DNA from: an uncultured Cellvibrionales bacterium
GTDB taxonomy: Bacteria > Pseudomonadota > Gammaproteobacteria > Pseudomonadales > Porticoccaceae
Assembly (NCBI GenBank): GCA_913062605.1
Contig: CAJXWQ010000002.1
Coordinates: 4,761-68,760 of the forward strand
Direction of reading: 5' to 3'
Length of the DNA: 64,000 nt
Below the pieces are notes generated by a model. That model was given only the letters and a program-made list of their open reading frames with translations, was not told the DNA's origin and ran no database searches. A program made the position numbers and the translations under genes. This document shows, one piece after another, positions 10,464-19,275 of the stretch (within the stretch, counting starts at the first letter, position 1; the number at the start of each line of letters is the position of its first letter).

Positions 10464-11214
10464 ATGGATTTGAAATATGCTTAATCACCTTCATCAGCAG
10501 CAATAACGGCTTATCATACCATCGCTTTTTCCTTCCCATAATTTCTTGAAACTTCCTCTCACCATAAGCCTTAATCTTCGCGTCCAGTGTGGCTCCGCCT
10601 GTTATGCTCTCAGGATAAAGCCTATACCCACTCCAAAACTCGTTCACTCTGGTGAATTTCCCTCCAACCTGAGCAATATTATAAAAAAGCTCTCCGTCCC
10701 AATTAGAACGATTTTCAACATTAAACCCTATAACTTTTTTATAAGCTGAAGCCTTAAAGAATGTAGATGGCTGAATCAAAACTGTTTGTCCATAAGCATC
10801 ACTAAGTAATGAATACGGATCAGAAAATATTTTTCTATTTTTTTTTCCTTCCCTATCAATAATAAACCCGTGAGCAGATACAACGTCAATATCTCTGTAT
10901 TCTGCAAAAGTGCGCACAGCTGTAGATAGTGCACCCTCGAGAAAAATATCATCCGAGTTCAAAAAACCATAAATATCACCCGTTGCCATGGAAAAACCAC
11001 GGTTTAGACCATCTGCAGGGCCTTTATCGGGCTCTAACACTACATGAGCAATTTGATCACGGTACTTCTCAATAATTTTACGACTTCCATCTGTTGAACC
11101 AGGGTCAACCACGATATATTCAATATCAGGATAATCTTGATTCAACACAGAAAGGATTGCCTCTTCCAAGAATTCAGCTTGATTATAAGAAATAGTTACT
11201 ATGGATATTTTCAC
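10414..11214 (-). CDS. Family 2 glycosyltransferase
   Basis: 266 aa. MKISIVTISYNQAEFLEEAI...VVDPGSTDGS...LNSDD classic GT2 signature. Confidence 0.85.
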   Translation of the reverse strand: MKISIVTISYNQAEFLEEAILSVLNQDYPDIEYIVVDPGSTDGSRKIIEKYRDQIAHVVLEPDKGPADGLNRGFSMATGDIYGFLNSDDIFLEGALSTAVRTFAEYRDIDVVSAHGFIIDREGKKNRKIFSDPYSLLSDAYGQTVLIQPSTFFKASAYKKVIGFNVENRSNWDGELFYNIAQVGGKFTRVNEFWSGYRLYPESITGGATLDAKIKAYGERKFQEIMGRKKRWYDKPLLLLMKVIKHISNPYALVERLAKGKIYGQG

Positions 11215-11412
11215 AGAAGGTTATTCCAGTCAGGATAGAATTTACTCATATACAACTCTGTTTTCGAGGCAATTAGGTCATACTCTCGATTTCATCTCTA
11301 AAACTGAATAAGTATTTATCCATCAAAACACCTTGCCTTAAGATGTGCTCAAATAGATGATTGTTAAGACCTTGCGTTCTAATACTCGCACAGAATGAAA
11401 ATGGGTTTATTA

Positions 11413-12684
11413 TCAGGCACTTTGACCTTTCTTTCTGGTTTTGGTTAGAACTGTCAAAAGCAATATCAACTCCCAGTCCCATAGTAGTCTCATTTCAGAA
11501 CTGAACGGTGAGAATAGTAAGTCCCATACAGCCTTAATACTAACAAATAGGATCAGAACGGACCATGCACGAGGAAACCGCATTGAAGCCATGGCGGAGT
11601 CAGCAATTATTTTCAGAACAACTATCCAGAAAATCGCACCCAACAAACCAGCCCACACCCATGACTGCATTAGGTGAGAATGAGCCGGAATACTGTCTTT
11701 AGACTCAATGAATCGCTTAAGCATATCTTCATCCACATCAACGCCAAAAATGGCATTGATTTCATACAGATATTCTCGATATTTGGGGTCTTCCGCCCAA
11801 GAACCATGCCCAATAATCGGGGAATCAATAACCGCGGGAATTGAAGCAAGCACCTCATTTCTACCGCCTAAAATAAGTCCAAGAGCTCCGAGCGATGAAG
11901 ATTTATTACGTTCATACTTATACTGTGCATTCTCAGGAAGCATCTGTGAATCCCCAACCCACTGATAAGACACAAGGATAAGGAATACTGTTCCAGTGGC
12001 CACTAAAAATAGTCCGATTTTTTTTACTAGATTCGAACGGACAAGAAATAGTTGCTGAAATAGGCGGACTTTGCTGAATCGAAACAATAAGACTGCGAGG
12101 ATTATTGTGCCCCCAAGAGAGCGTCCGTTCAGATAAATACTCAACCCTCCCATCATCAGAAGAATCACTTCTCCCAAAAATGGAATCAAAATCTTTTTCT
12201 CAATTCCCCATACAACCACAAAGATAGTCAGTAACATCACAGGCAAACCAAAACCGAATTTCCATGGCTCTTCTTCAAAACCATAACCTGGATCTATTAG
12301 GCAGCGAAGGAGTCCTCCGAGCGCAAACGCAATGATAAATAACTTTAGTCGTCTGCTATTATCCGATACCAACATATAAAGAGCGGCAAACCCAACAAGA
12401 AAGAATACTATTGATGCCCAGCCTTTTGCTAGAGATGTGAATTCGGTCAGGCGAATCAAGTCAGTGACAATCTGTGAAAACAACCAAAGCAAACCGAAAA
12501 GTAGAATTCGTTTTGGTAAAGGCTCAAAAAGTAAATGCCCATGGCGTTTAAACATAGCCACGAAAACAACGAACAATAATAGTTCGGAAGTATAAAGGTT
12601 ACCTACGACCCTGACATTAACAAACCACAAAATGGCAATTGAAAATGCAAGGGTATCTAGAAAGTTTAATTTGGCGATCCTCAT
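11413..12684 (-). CDS. wzy: Polytopic membrane protein, O-antigen polymerase (Wzy)-like / O-antigen ligase family
   Basis: 423 aa. Many hydrophobic helices, a large loop with GHGSWAE...HSHLMQ (Wzy_C-like), and a position beside the flippase. Confidence 0.65.
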   Translation of the reverse strand: MRIAKLNFLDTLAFSIAILWFVNVRVVGNLYTSELLLFVVFVAMFKRHGHLLFEPLPKRILLFGLLWLFSQIVTDLIRLTEFTSLAKGWASIVFFLVGFAALYMLVSDNSRRLKLFIIAFALGGLLRCLIDPGYGFEEEPWKFGFGLPVMLLTIFVVVWGIEKKILIPFLGEVILLMMGGLSIYLNGRSLGGTIILAVLLFRFSKVRLFQQLFLVRSNLVKKIGLFLVATGTVFLILVSYQWVGDSQMLPENAQYKYERNKSSSLGALGLILGGRNEVLASIPAVIDSPIIGHGSWAEDPKYREYLYEINAIFGVDVDEDMLKRFIESKDSIPAHSHLMQSWVWAGLLGAIFWIVVLKIIADSAMASMRFPRAWSVLILFVSIKAVWDLLFSPFSSEMRLLWDWELILLLTVLTKTRKKGQSA

Positions 12685-14153
12685 TTCACTTTCACCAGAG
12701 ACAACATTTTCTTGCCTACCACAGTCGTGAATACGGCCGGCATTACGATTAAACCGTAGATCACAGCGCCTGCCAGCAAACTATAGATACCTTCCAATTC
12801 AATTGATATGGGTAATAGTATTCCAACAGAAAGCGCTAATAGCACGGCTAATAATATGCGCCTCCCACTGCCCGGCACTATATCTGTCATTGGAATCTTA
12901 TTATCAGAATGGTATCGAACCAGCAAAGGAAGGCTGCCTGCTATCAAACCGACAGCCCATCCTGCAACAACGCCATAACCGCCATAAAGAAAACCGAGTA
13001 TCATACCTAATGTAATATTTAGTCCGCCAATGGAAGCTTGAGCAATAAGGTTGGGGCGCAAGTTGCCGGTTCCCTGATTGAAATAAAAGGCACTCACGAT
13101 AAATGTATTTACCATCCACCCTGCAATTAACAGCCATGAAAAAGTAATAAATTCCTTGTTGATCGCCCCTATCCATAGCTCAGATACGGAAAGAGTAATC
13201 ACAGCAAGGAGCCCAAATAGAATCAGGTTCATCGAGAAAAACAGCTCATATGAACTCAGGTAAAGTGCCTTTACTTTTCGGGGACTGGTTTCAACTATCT
13301 CTGCAACAGCCGGAACAAAGATTTGATTGACGCTAACGATTAGAGAACGAACCTGCATTACCATACGGCTTGCCATCTCATAATAACCCACCATCGAAAG
13401 TCCGCCAAAATAGGACAGCAGACCTTTTGTGACAGGCTCATAGGTCATGGTAATAAAAGAAGTAAACTGAAAGGTAAACGCATAGCGCCATATTTCCAGA
13501 AAGTGTTCTTTTTTCCATTTTGCAACCAAATGAAATGATGGAAGTTCTTTTCTGAGAAATAGCCATGATGCCAACAATAATAGAACAGCCTGAATCAACT
13601 GTGCATAGGCCAGAGCGATAAAGCCAAACTCTGGAAGCAAGGACATAACTAATCCAATATTAATCAAAATACCTGCCATAAGTAAGATATTACGAATATC
13701 CATTCTCTGACAACCATCCAAGCCTGACATCATCACCCCCGAAACTGTATTGATGCAAAGAGAAGTCAATGCATAAGGCAGTAAAAGCAGTGCAAACGAA
13801 AGTTTTCCCTCAGGAACCAGGTAACCTAAAATAATTTGGATTGGGTAATAAACCAGCACTGAAACAATCAGAATCACTGAAAACACTGTAAACACTGCAG
13901 TCTCGGTTATTTCACCTGCTTTAAGTTCATCGCCCTTTGCTCTATATTTGGCAACGAACTTAACAATGCTACTAGCAAAACCCAAATCACTAAGCCTTGC
14001 TGATGCAACGCTTGCAAGCACCAAGGCCCAGACTCCCAATAACTCAACTCCAACTGAAGCAAGTAAATATTTGTATAGGAAAAAGTATGCTGCGCCTGTG
14101 ACCAGAACCTGAAGTAAGGCAAAAATACCATTTCGTTTCAGAATTTCTTTCAT
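12681..14153 (-). CDS. wzx: Polysaccharide flippase (Wzx, MOP superfamily)
   Basis: 490 aa. About 12-14 predicted hydrophobic helices with typical polysaccharide-biosynthesis-protein architecture. 4-nt overlap with the Wzy-like gene. Confidence 0.8.
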   Translation of the reverse strand: MKEILKRNGIFALLQVLVTGAAYFFLYKYLLASVGVELLGVWALVLASVASARLSDLGFASSIVKFVAKYRAKGDELKAGEITETAVFTVFSVILIVSVLVYYPIQIILGYLVPEGKLSFALLLLPYALTSLCINTVSGVMMSGLDGCQRMDIRNILLMAGILINIGLVMSLLPEFGFIALAYAQLIQAVLLLLASWLFLRKELPSFHLVAKWKKEHFLEIWRYAFTFQFTSFITMTYEPVTKGLLSYFGGLSMVGYYEMASRMVMQVRSLIVSVNQIFVPAVAEIVETSPRKVKALYLSSYELFFSMNLILFGLLAVITLSVSELWIGAINKEFITFSWLLIAGWMVNTFIVSAFYFNQGTGNLRPNLIAQASIGGLNITLGMILGFLYGGYGVVAGWAVGLIAGSLPLLVRYHSDNKIPMTDIVPGSGRRILLAVLLALSVGILLPISIELEGIYSLLAGAVIYGLIVMPAVFTTVVGKKMLSLVKVK

Positions 14154-14515
14154 TTTAGTTTTCTAAATTTAACTATAAAGTGATCTTTGGCCGCCGTCCG
14201 ATTCGGCAGAAAATCAGCGAGTTCAGTATATTTTTTAATATCTTTTCCGCCCGTTTCGTGTTTCCTTGCAAGGCGAAATGCAAAGGGTGAAAAATGATAA
14301 ATTAAGTTTACTACAGCCTCTTTCAACTTATTCGTAATTGACAAATTCTTCTGTTTTACATGCGAAAAGTGTGTATTTCAATAAGCCTCTCCATTTAAAG
14401 GTTCCGGCAGATATTTCCCTGCAAAAAAAATATCGCTATATAGCCTCGCTCCAATTAGCCCTGTAAAACCAGACCCACAAGATGGGCAACCTGAAGAACT
14501 ACTATTCTTGTTCAT
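14150..14515 (-). pseudogene. Small reading frame interrupted by an in-frame TGA (CxxC N-terminus), possible gene remnant
   Basis: Reverse strand from ATG 14515 reads MNKNSSSSGCPSCGSGFTGLIGARLYSDIFFAGKYLPEPLNGEAY, then TGA at 14380-14378. The same frame continues into track ORF 14150-14344. Confidence 0.3.
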
Positions 14516-15233
14516 TTCTAAGAAAGATTGCGTCCAAGAACAATGTTCTTCCGTCATCCTGATGGTAATATTGCTCTAAATTTCCAGCATAATAAAAACC
14601 AAGCTTATTCATTTCACTCAATAATTCTAAAAAACTGGACTGACCTTCATACAATTGTTCAATACTAACTTCCAGTATAACTGCACTTGCTAAAGGAATT
14701 ATATTAGAGCCGCCAGCAATAACCTTGCCTTCGAACCCTTGAACATCCATCTTAATTAAAATTCCAGCTTTAAACTCTTCCGTGTAATCTGATAGTGCAA
14801 GATCCAACGTGGTCTGCTCAACATCAATTTGACTCTGATTAGTTGTTTGAGGGAACAACACATCATTCTGCCTGGTTGTTGAAAGTAATGATGACGATGC
14901 AAGGTGGTCTTCATGAAGATTCATTATCACTTTACTTTGCGAATCACCCAATGCGACATTAAATAGCTCAACTTGATTTAAACTTTCTTTCGCCCATTTT
15001 TCCAGGGACATGAAAGCAGAAGGAATCGGTTCGAAACAAAATAATTTTGCTTCAGGAAAAACACTAGCTATATATTTAGCAAACTGGCCAGTATTTGCCC
15101 CAACATCAATAACAGTCTTAATCGGAAGTTTTTTAATCCCTAACAAAGTAGACCTAGGAACGTTGTAGGGCTTCAGATAATAAAGGTTAACCGACTTCAA
15201 TAATATTTTTATCTTGTCTTTCAGTGCTTTCAC
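14502..15233 (-). CDS. FkbM-family SAM-dependent methyltransferase
   Basis: 243 aa. VIDVGANTGQF motif and FkbM-like length. GTG start preceded by AAGGA. Confidence 0.8.
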   Translation of the reverse strand: MKALKDKIKILLKSVNLYYLKPYNVPRSTLLGIKKLPIKTVIDVGANTGQFAKYIASVFPEAKLFCFEPIPSAFMSLEKWAKESLNQVELFNVALGDSQSKVIMNLHEDHLASSSLLSTTRQNDVLFPQTTNQSQIDVEQTTLDLALSDYTEEFKAGILIKMDVQGFEGKVIAGGSNIIPLASAVILEVSIEQLYEGQSSFLELLSEMNKLGFYYAGNLEQYYHQDDGRTLFLDAIFLRNEQE

Positions 15234-15320
15234 AATTAATCCTTAACCTCTTTAAAAAAATTACTTCAATTATTTTTATCGCTTTCTTTGTTCCAGTGAG
15301 GTCAATAATTTTGTCTTGCC

Positions 15321-16286
15321 TTATGCCCTAAACTTATCTTGATTAGCTAAAAACCATTGGTATGTGAACTTCAAGCCTTCTTTCAACTGCGTCGACGCTT
15401 TCCAACCCAACTTTTCCAATCTTGAAATATCAAGCAACTTTCTTGGCGTACCATCTGATTTTGTGGCATCAAACGCCAACTCGCCTTCAAAACCCACCAC
15501 TTCAGCCATGGTTTCTGCCATCTCTCTGATGGTGCAATCAATGCCAGTGCCGACATTAATATGAGATAGCATAGTTTGCGTATGTGCCTGATACGTTTTC
15601 TGATCCAAATTCATCACATGAATCGAAGCTTCTGCCATATCATCCACATACAAAAATTCGCGCATCGGCTTTCCACTACCCCAAACACTTACCTTGGCAT
15701 CATTGTTAAGCTTGGCTTCATGTAACCTGCGCATTAAAGCTGGAATCACATGCGAGTTTTTCGGATGGAAATTATCATTCTCACCATACAGATTGGTAGG
15801 CATTACACTACGATAATCACGTCCATATTGGCGATTGTAACTCTCACACAATTTAATACCTGCAATCTTGGCTATGGCATAAGGTTCGTTGGTGGCTTCC
15901 AATGTGCCTGTTAGCAACGAGACCTCTGTCATCGGCTGTGTTGCTAGTTTTGGGTAAATACAAGACGAGCCTAAAAACAACAATTTCTGCACACCATGGG
16001 AATGTGCTGCATGAATAACATTCGCTTCAATCATCAAGTTTTGATAAATAAACTCAGCTGGGTATTCATTGTTGGCATGAATACCCCCTACCTTTGCTGC
16101 AGCCAAATAAACCTGGTCAATATCATTTTGAGTAAAAAAATAATTAACGGCCTGTTGATTTGTTAAATCAAGTTCATTCCTGTTTGCTGTAATAATTGTA
16201 TTGGTATCATTTTGTTGTAGCCGCCTGATAATGGCAGAGCCAACCATGCCATTGTTGCCTGCGACATATATATTCTGTGACATCAC
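15321..16286 (-). CDS. fcl: GDP-L-fucose synthase, copy 2
   Basis: 321 aa. Collinear with copy 1 over the whole length, with long identical peptide runs such as [28 protein letters not shown]. Confidence 0.9.
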   Translation of the reverse strand: MMSQNIYVAGNNGMVGSAIIRRLQQNDTNTIITANRNELDLTNQQAVNYFFTQNDIDQVYLAAAKVGGIHANNEYPAEFIYQNLMIEANVIHAAHSHGVQKLLFLGSSCIYPKLATQPMTEVSLLTGTLEATNEPYAIAKIAGIKLCESYNRQYGRDYRSVMPTNLYGENDNFHPKNSHVIPALMRRLHEAKLNNDAKVSVWGSGKPMREFLYVDDMAEASIHVMNLDQKTYQAHTQTMLSHINVGTGIDCTIREMAETMAEVVGFEGELAFDATKSDGTPRKLLDISRLEKLGWKASTQLKEGLKFTYQWFLANQDKFRA

Positions 16287-17410
16287 TATTCGACACTCAC
16301 CGGAATTTCATGTCCATGCTGTTTTAATAAAGCATGGCGCTGGGCAGCTTTTAAATCTTCTGCGACCATTTCTGTGCACATTTCCTGAACGGTAATTTCA
16401 GGTGTCCAGCCTAACATTTGTTTTGCTTTACTTGGATCACCCAATAAAGTATCAACTTCAGCTGGGCGAAAATAACGCGGATCGACTTGTACAATCACAT
16501 CGCCCACTTTAAGAGCAGGAGTATTATCACCCTCAACAGCAATGACAATCCCTTTTTCTTCTAAGCCTTTACCTTCAAAACGTATCGTTATCCCTAATTC
16601 GCTAGCTGACCATTCTATAAATTGACGCACTGAATATTGTACGCCAGTCGCAATTACAAAATCTTCTGGATCATCTTGTTGTAACATCATCCATTGCATA
16701 CGCACATAATCTTTTGCATGGCCCCAGTCTCGTAGCGCATCCATATTACCCATAAATAAACATTGCTCTAAACCTTGGGCGATATTCGCTAAACCACGTG
16801 TAATTTTACGGGTCACAAAGGTTTCGCCTCGGCGAGGAGATTCGTGATTAAACAAAATTCCATTACAGGCATACATGCCATAAGATTCACGATAGTTCAC
16901 CACAATCCAATGTGCATACATCTTAGCCACGGCATAAGGTGAACGTGGATAAAACGGTGTGGTTTCTTTTTGTGGGGTTTCTTGCACGTCCCCAAACAAT
17001 TCTGACGTGGAGGCTTGATAAAAACGGGTTTTCTTTTCTAGGCCCAGTATTCTAATCGCTTCTAGTAACCGTAATGTGCCAATAGCATCTACATCTGCCG
17101 TGTATTCAGGTGATTCAAAAGAAACTGAAACATGTGATTGTGCACCTAAGTTATAGACTTCGTCTGGCTGAACTTCTTGTAGAATTCGAATCAAGTTTGA
17201 TGCGTCTGTCAAATCACCATAATGAAGAATAAAACTAGCATTACCAACATGAGGATCTTGGTAAATATGGTCAATTCTTTGTGTATTAAAGCTTGAGGCG
17301 CGACGCTTAATGCCATGCACTTCATAACCTTTATCCAATAAAAATTCGGCCAAATACGAGCCATCTTGCCCCGTTACACCGGTTATTAATGCTACTTTAT
17401 TACTTGCCAT
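16286..17410 (-). CDS. gmd: GDP-mannose 4,6-dehydratase, copy 2
   Basis: 374 aa. Collinear with copy 1. Its stop overlaps the fcl copy 2 start. Confidence 0.93.
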   Translation of the reverse strand: MASNKVALITGVTGQDGSYLAEFLLDKGYEVHGIKRRASSFNTQRIDHIYQDPHVGNASFILHYGDLTDASNLIRILQEVQPDEVYNLGAQSHVSVSFESPEYTADVDAIGTLRLLEAIRILGLEKKTRFYQASTSELFGDVQETPQKETTPFYPRSPYAVAKMYAHWIVVNYRESYGMYACNGILFNHESPRRGETFVTRKITRGLANIAQGLEQCLFMGNMDALRDWGHAKDYVRMQWMMLQQDDPEDFVIATGVQYSVRQFIEWSASELGITIRFEGKGLEEKGIVIAVEGDNTPALKVGDVIVQVDPRYFRPAEVDTLLGDPSKAKQMLGWTPEITVQEMCTEMVAEDLKAAQRHALLKQHGHEIPVSVE

Positions 17411-17855
17411 AAATTATTTCCTTTTGACCCTGTCACGTAGCGACTTAATGGCCCTTCTCTCTTGCTGACTGGCGGTGCTAGCAATGCTTCTCGCTCCCGC
17501 TGGCCCGCCACTTAATCGATGACACCATGACTTTGAGCCTACGGAGCTTAGGCATGTCGGTTTTTGGGCGCTATCGCCAATATTTATAGCTACTACGCTG
17601 GTTATCAAAGGCATTGCACAGGATGGAAATGGGGAAGCTCTCTTGCAGCTTGCGAACCATCGAATATTTTTCAGTTCGTCGGGCATCAAGAGATGCCATA
17701 CCTTTTTTAGAATGTCTTTCTCCACCTCTACGCGTTTCAACTGTTTTTCTAGTTCACGAATTCGGGGCTGAAGTTAGGTCGTGATATTCTAGCCATCGGT
17801 TCACCTGTAAATGTATGAGGTGATGCTATCGCCTCTACTCTGGTGGCCAAATTCA
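17411..17855 (-). mobile_element. Internally deleted, truncated IS3-family insertion sequence remnant
   Basis: All on the reverse strand. Terminal TGAATTTGGCCACC at 17855. OrfA start MARISRPNFSPEF at 17806. A frame jump leads to RIRELEKQLKRVEVEKDILKK. The A6G slippery heptamer is the complement of 17702-17708. The OrfB-like N-terminus KYSMVRKLQESFPISILCNAFDNQRSSYKYW follows, with stops. The element ends abruptly at the gmd RBS. This replaces track ORF 17414-17740. Confidence 0.65.
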
Positions 17856-17937
17856 CTATGCCACTACAACAGCCTGACATCTGTTATTGACAAGAGTTAT
17901 CATCATCCCAACCAATAGTCCTGTTACCCAAAAAACT

Positions 17938-19020
17938 CTAACTCAATGCCGCCTTTCTTTTCTCGACACTTACAACAATTAACGCCACAAAAAACCCAAC
18001 CATCGTACCGAGAACAAGTGACACCAACATTATCACTCTTCGTTTTGGCTTAAGCCTTTTTTCAGGCGGTACTGCTCGAGCATCTATGTTTGCGGTCAAT
18101 ACCGTGCCTTCCTCCAGAACAATCTGTTCCAATTTCATTCGGTGTTCTTTCAGCCCAGCCAAATCCGGTATATACCCTTCAATACTCCCCCTTCTGCGCC
18201 CCAAGATTTCAATTTCTGACGAAAGCGCCTTGCTACCCAGTAAATACAGTGATCTCAGCTCCATCACATTGGTAAAGAATGGCTTATTCGTTACAAGGCT
18301 CTCTGTTGTACGACCGACAGGATTAACAAGACCGTTTTGATCCGCAATTCTTTTGGCTTCCTTAAGCTTAAGCAGTTCTATATCCAGCTGTGACAATGCC
18401 AGCCTCTTTTTCATTTCTATTTTTTCACTAACCTTCTCAACCTTATCCTCGAGGGAAACTCGAATATTTGTGATGAGCTCGCTCCGGGCGCCATTCATTC
18501 CCAACTCAACCCAGGTATTGACCAGTTCAGCCGCCTGAACGGGGTCATGCCACTCAATTGAAACCTCCGTGCTATTTCTTTTCTTTTTTATATCCGGGAA
18601 TAACACCACCATTATCTTCGAAAGTGACACCAACTTATCCAGCTCTGTTGATTCTGGAAAGGCATGGTTTATATATCCAGCAATCGCCGGGCTATTAAGC
18701 AGTGCTTTTTTCACTTCCGTTGATTCTAAATACTGGTTAGTCAGCTCAAAAGCCTTGCTTGGAGAAATATTGGCAACCTCGGTCAATTCAGAAACTGCTG
18801 TCAGCTCAGAAAGCGATGATACTGGCGCCGGAAGCAGGCGAGCCTCTGCTTTGTAGACTTCAGGAGAAAAATAGGCATAGCCTGCCCCGCAGGCTAAAAT
18901 AGTAAGTGTGATGAGCATGATCAGTGTGCGTTTCTGCCAGAGATCAGCACAAAGCTGATACAAGTCTATCTCATCTCCGTAAGAGGGATGGCTGTTGTGA
19001 GAATTTTGCCCCGGTTCCAT
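17938..19020 (-). CDS. wzz: O-antigen chain-length determinant (Wzz, PCP-1 family)
   Basis: 360 aa. N-terminal DEIDLYQL...TM helix, a long coiled-coil periplasmic part, and a C-terminal TM after PKRR. Confidence 0.85.
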   Translation of the reverse strand: MEPGQNSHNSHPSYGDEIDLYQLCADLWQKRTLIMLITLTILACGAGYAYFSPEVYKAEARLLPAPVSSLSELTAVSELTEVANISPSKAFELTNQYLESTEVKKALLNSPAIAGYINHAFPESTELDKLVSLSKIMVVLFPDIKKKRNSTEVSIEWHDPVQAAELVNTWVELGMNGARSELITNIRVSLEDKVEKVSEKIEMKKRLALSQLDIELLKLKEAKRIADQNGLVNPVGRTTESLVTNKPFFTNVMELRSLYLLGSKALSSEIEILGRRRGSIEGYIPDLAGLKEHRMKLEQIVLEEGTVLTANIDARAVPPEKRLKPKRRVIMLVSLVLGTMVGFFVALIVVSVEKRKAALS

Positions 19021-19275
19021 CTACTTAACCCTTTAACCAAGCTGGTGAAAAAATGAAGCCTGAAATTGTAGCAGCACCCCGTATAGACAGATAGGAATAA
19101 TCACCTGTCACATAACTCTTACCGTTCACACTGTGACAGAGTTCTCTCATTACTTTTTTCACCACCTATTTCGAATATTTGGGGGTTGGCCATGCCTGAA
19201 CACTCCCCTGCCTATTGCTTTATCTTCTCTACTTGACCATCATTTCCGGTTTGCCTTTTGGAACCACCTCTCTCC

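Noticed and set aside
11273-11482. 69-aa track ORF in the gap between the GT2 gene and the Wzy-like gene.
   Set aside because: It overlaps the 3' end of the Wzy-like gene, has no RBS and no recognisable motif. It is probably non-coding spacer within the operon.
17461-17520. GGCGGTGCTAGC, resembling the ops/JUMPstart element (GGCGGTAG) expected upstream of polysaccharide operons.
   Set aside because: The match is inexact and lies on the plus strand, whereas the operon is transcribed on the minus strand. It also sits inside the IS3 remnant.
17414-17740. Track ORF of 108 aa between gmd copy 2 and wzz.
   Set aside because: Its translation mixes frames of a decayed IS3 element: the OrfA leucine-zipper end followed by out-of-frame OrfB. 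It is better explained as the IS remnant than as a gene.
19100-19145. Inverted repeat CTGTCACA...TGTGACAG in the wzz-uvrA divergent region, considered as a LexA box for uvrA.
   Set aside because: The half-sites are about 19 nt apart, not the 8 nt of the CTGT-N8-ACAG operator. I found no canonical SOS box upstream of uvrA.
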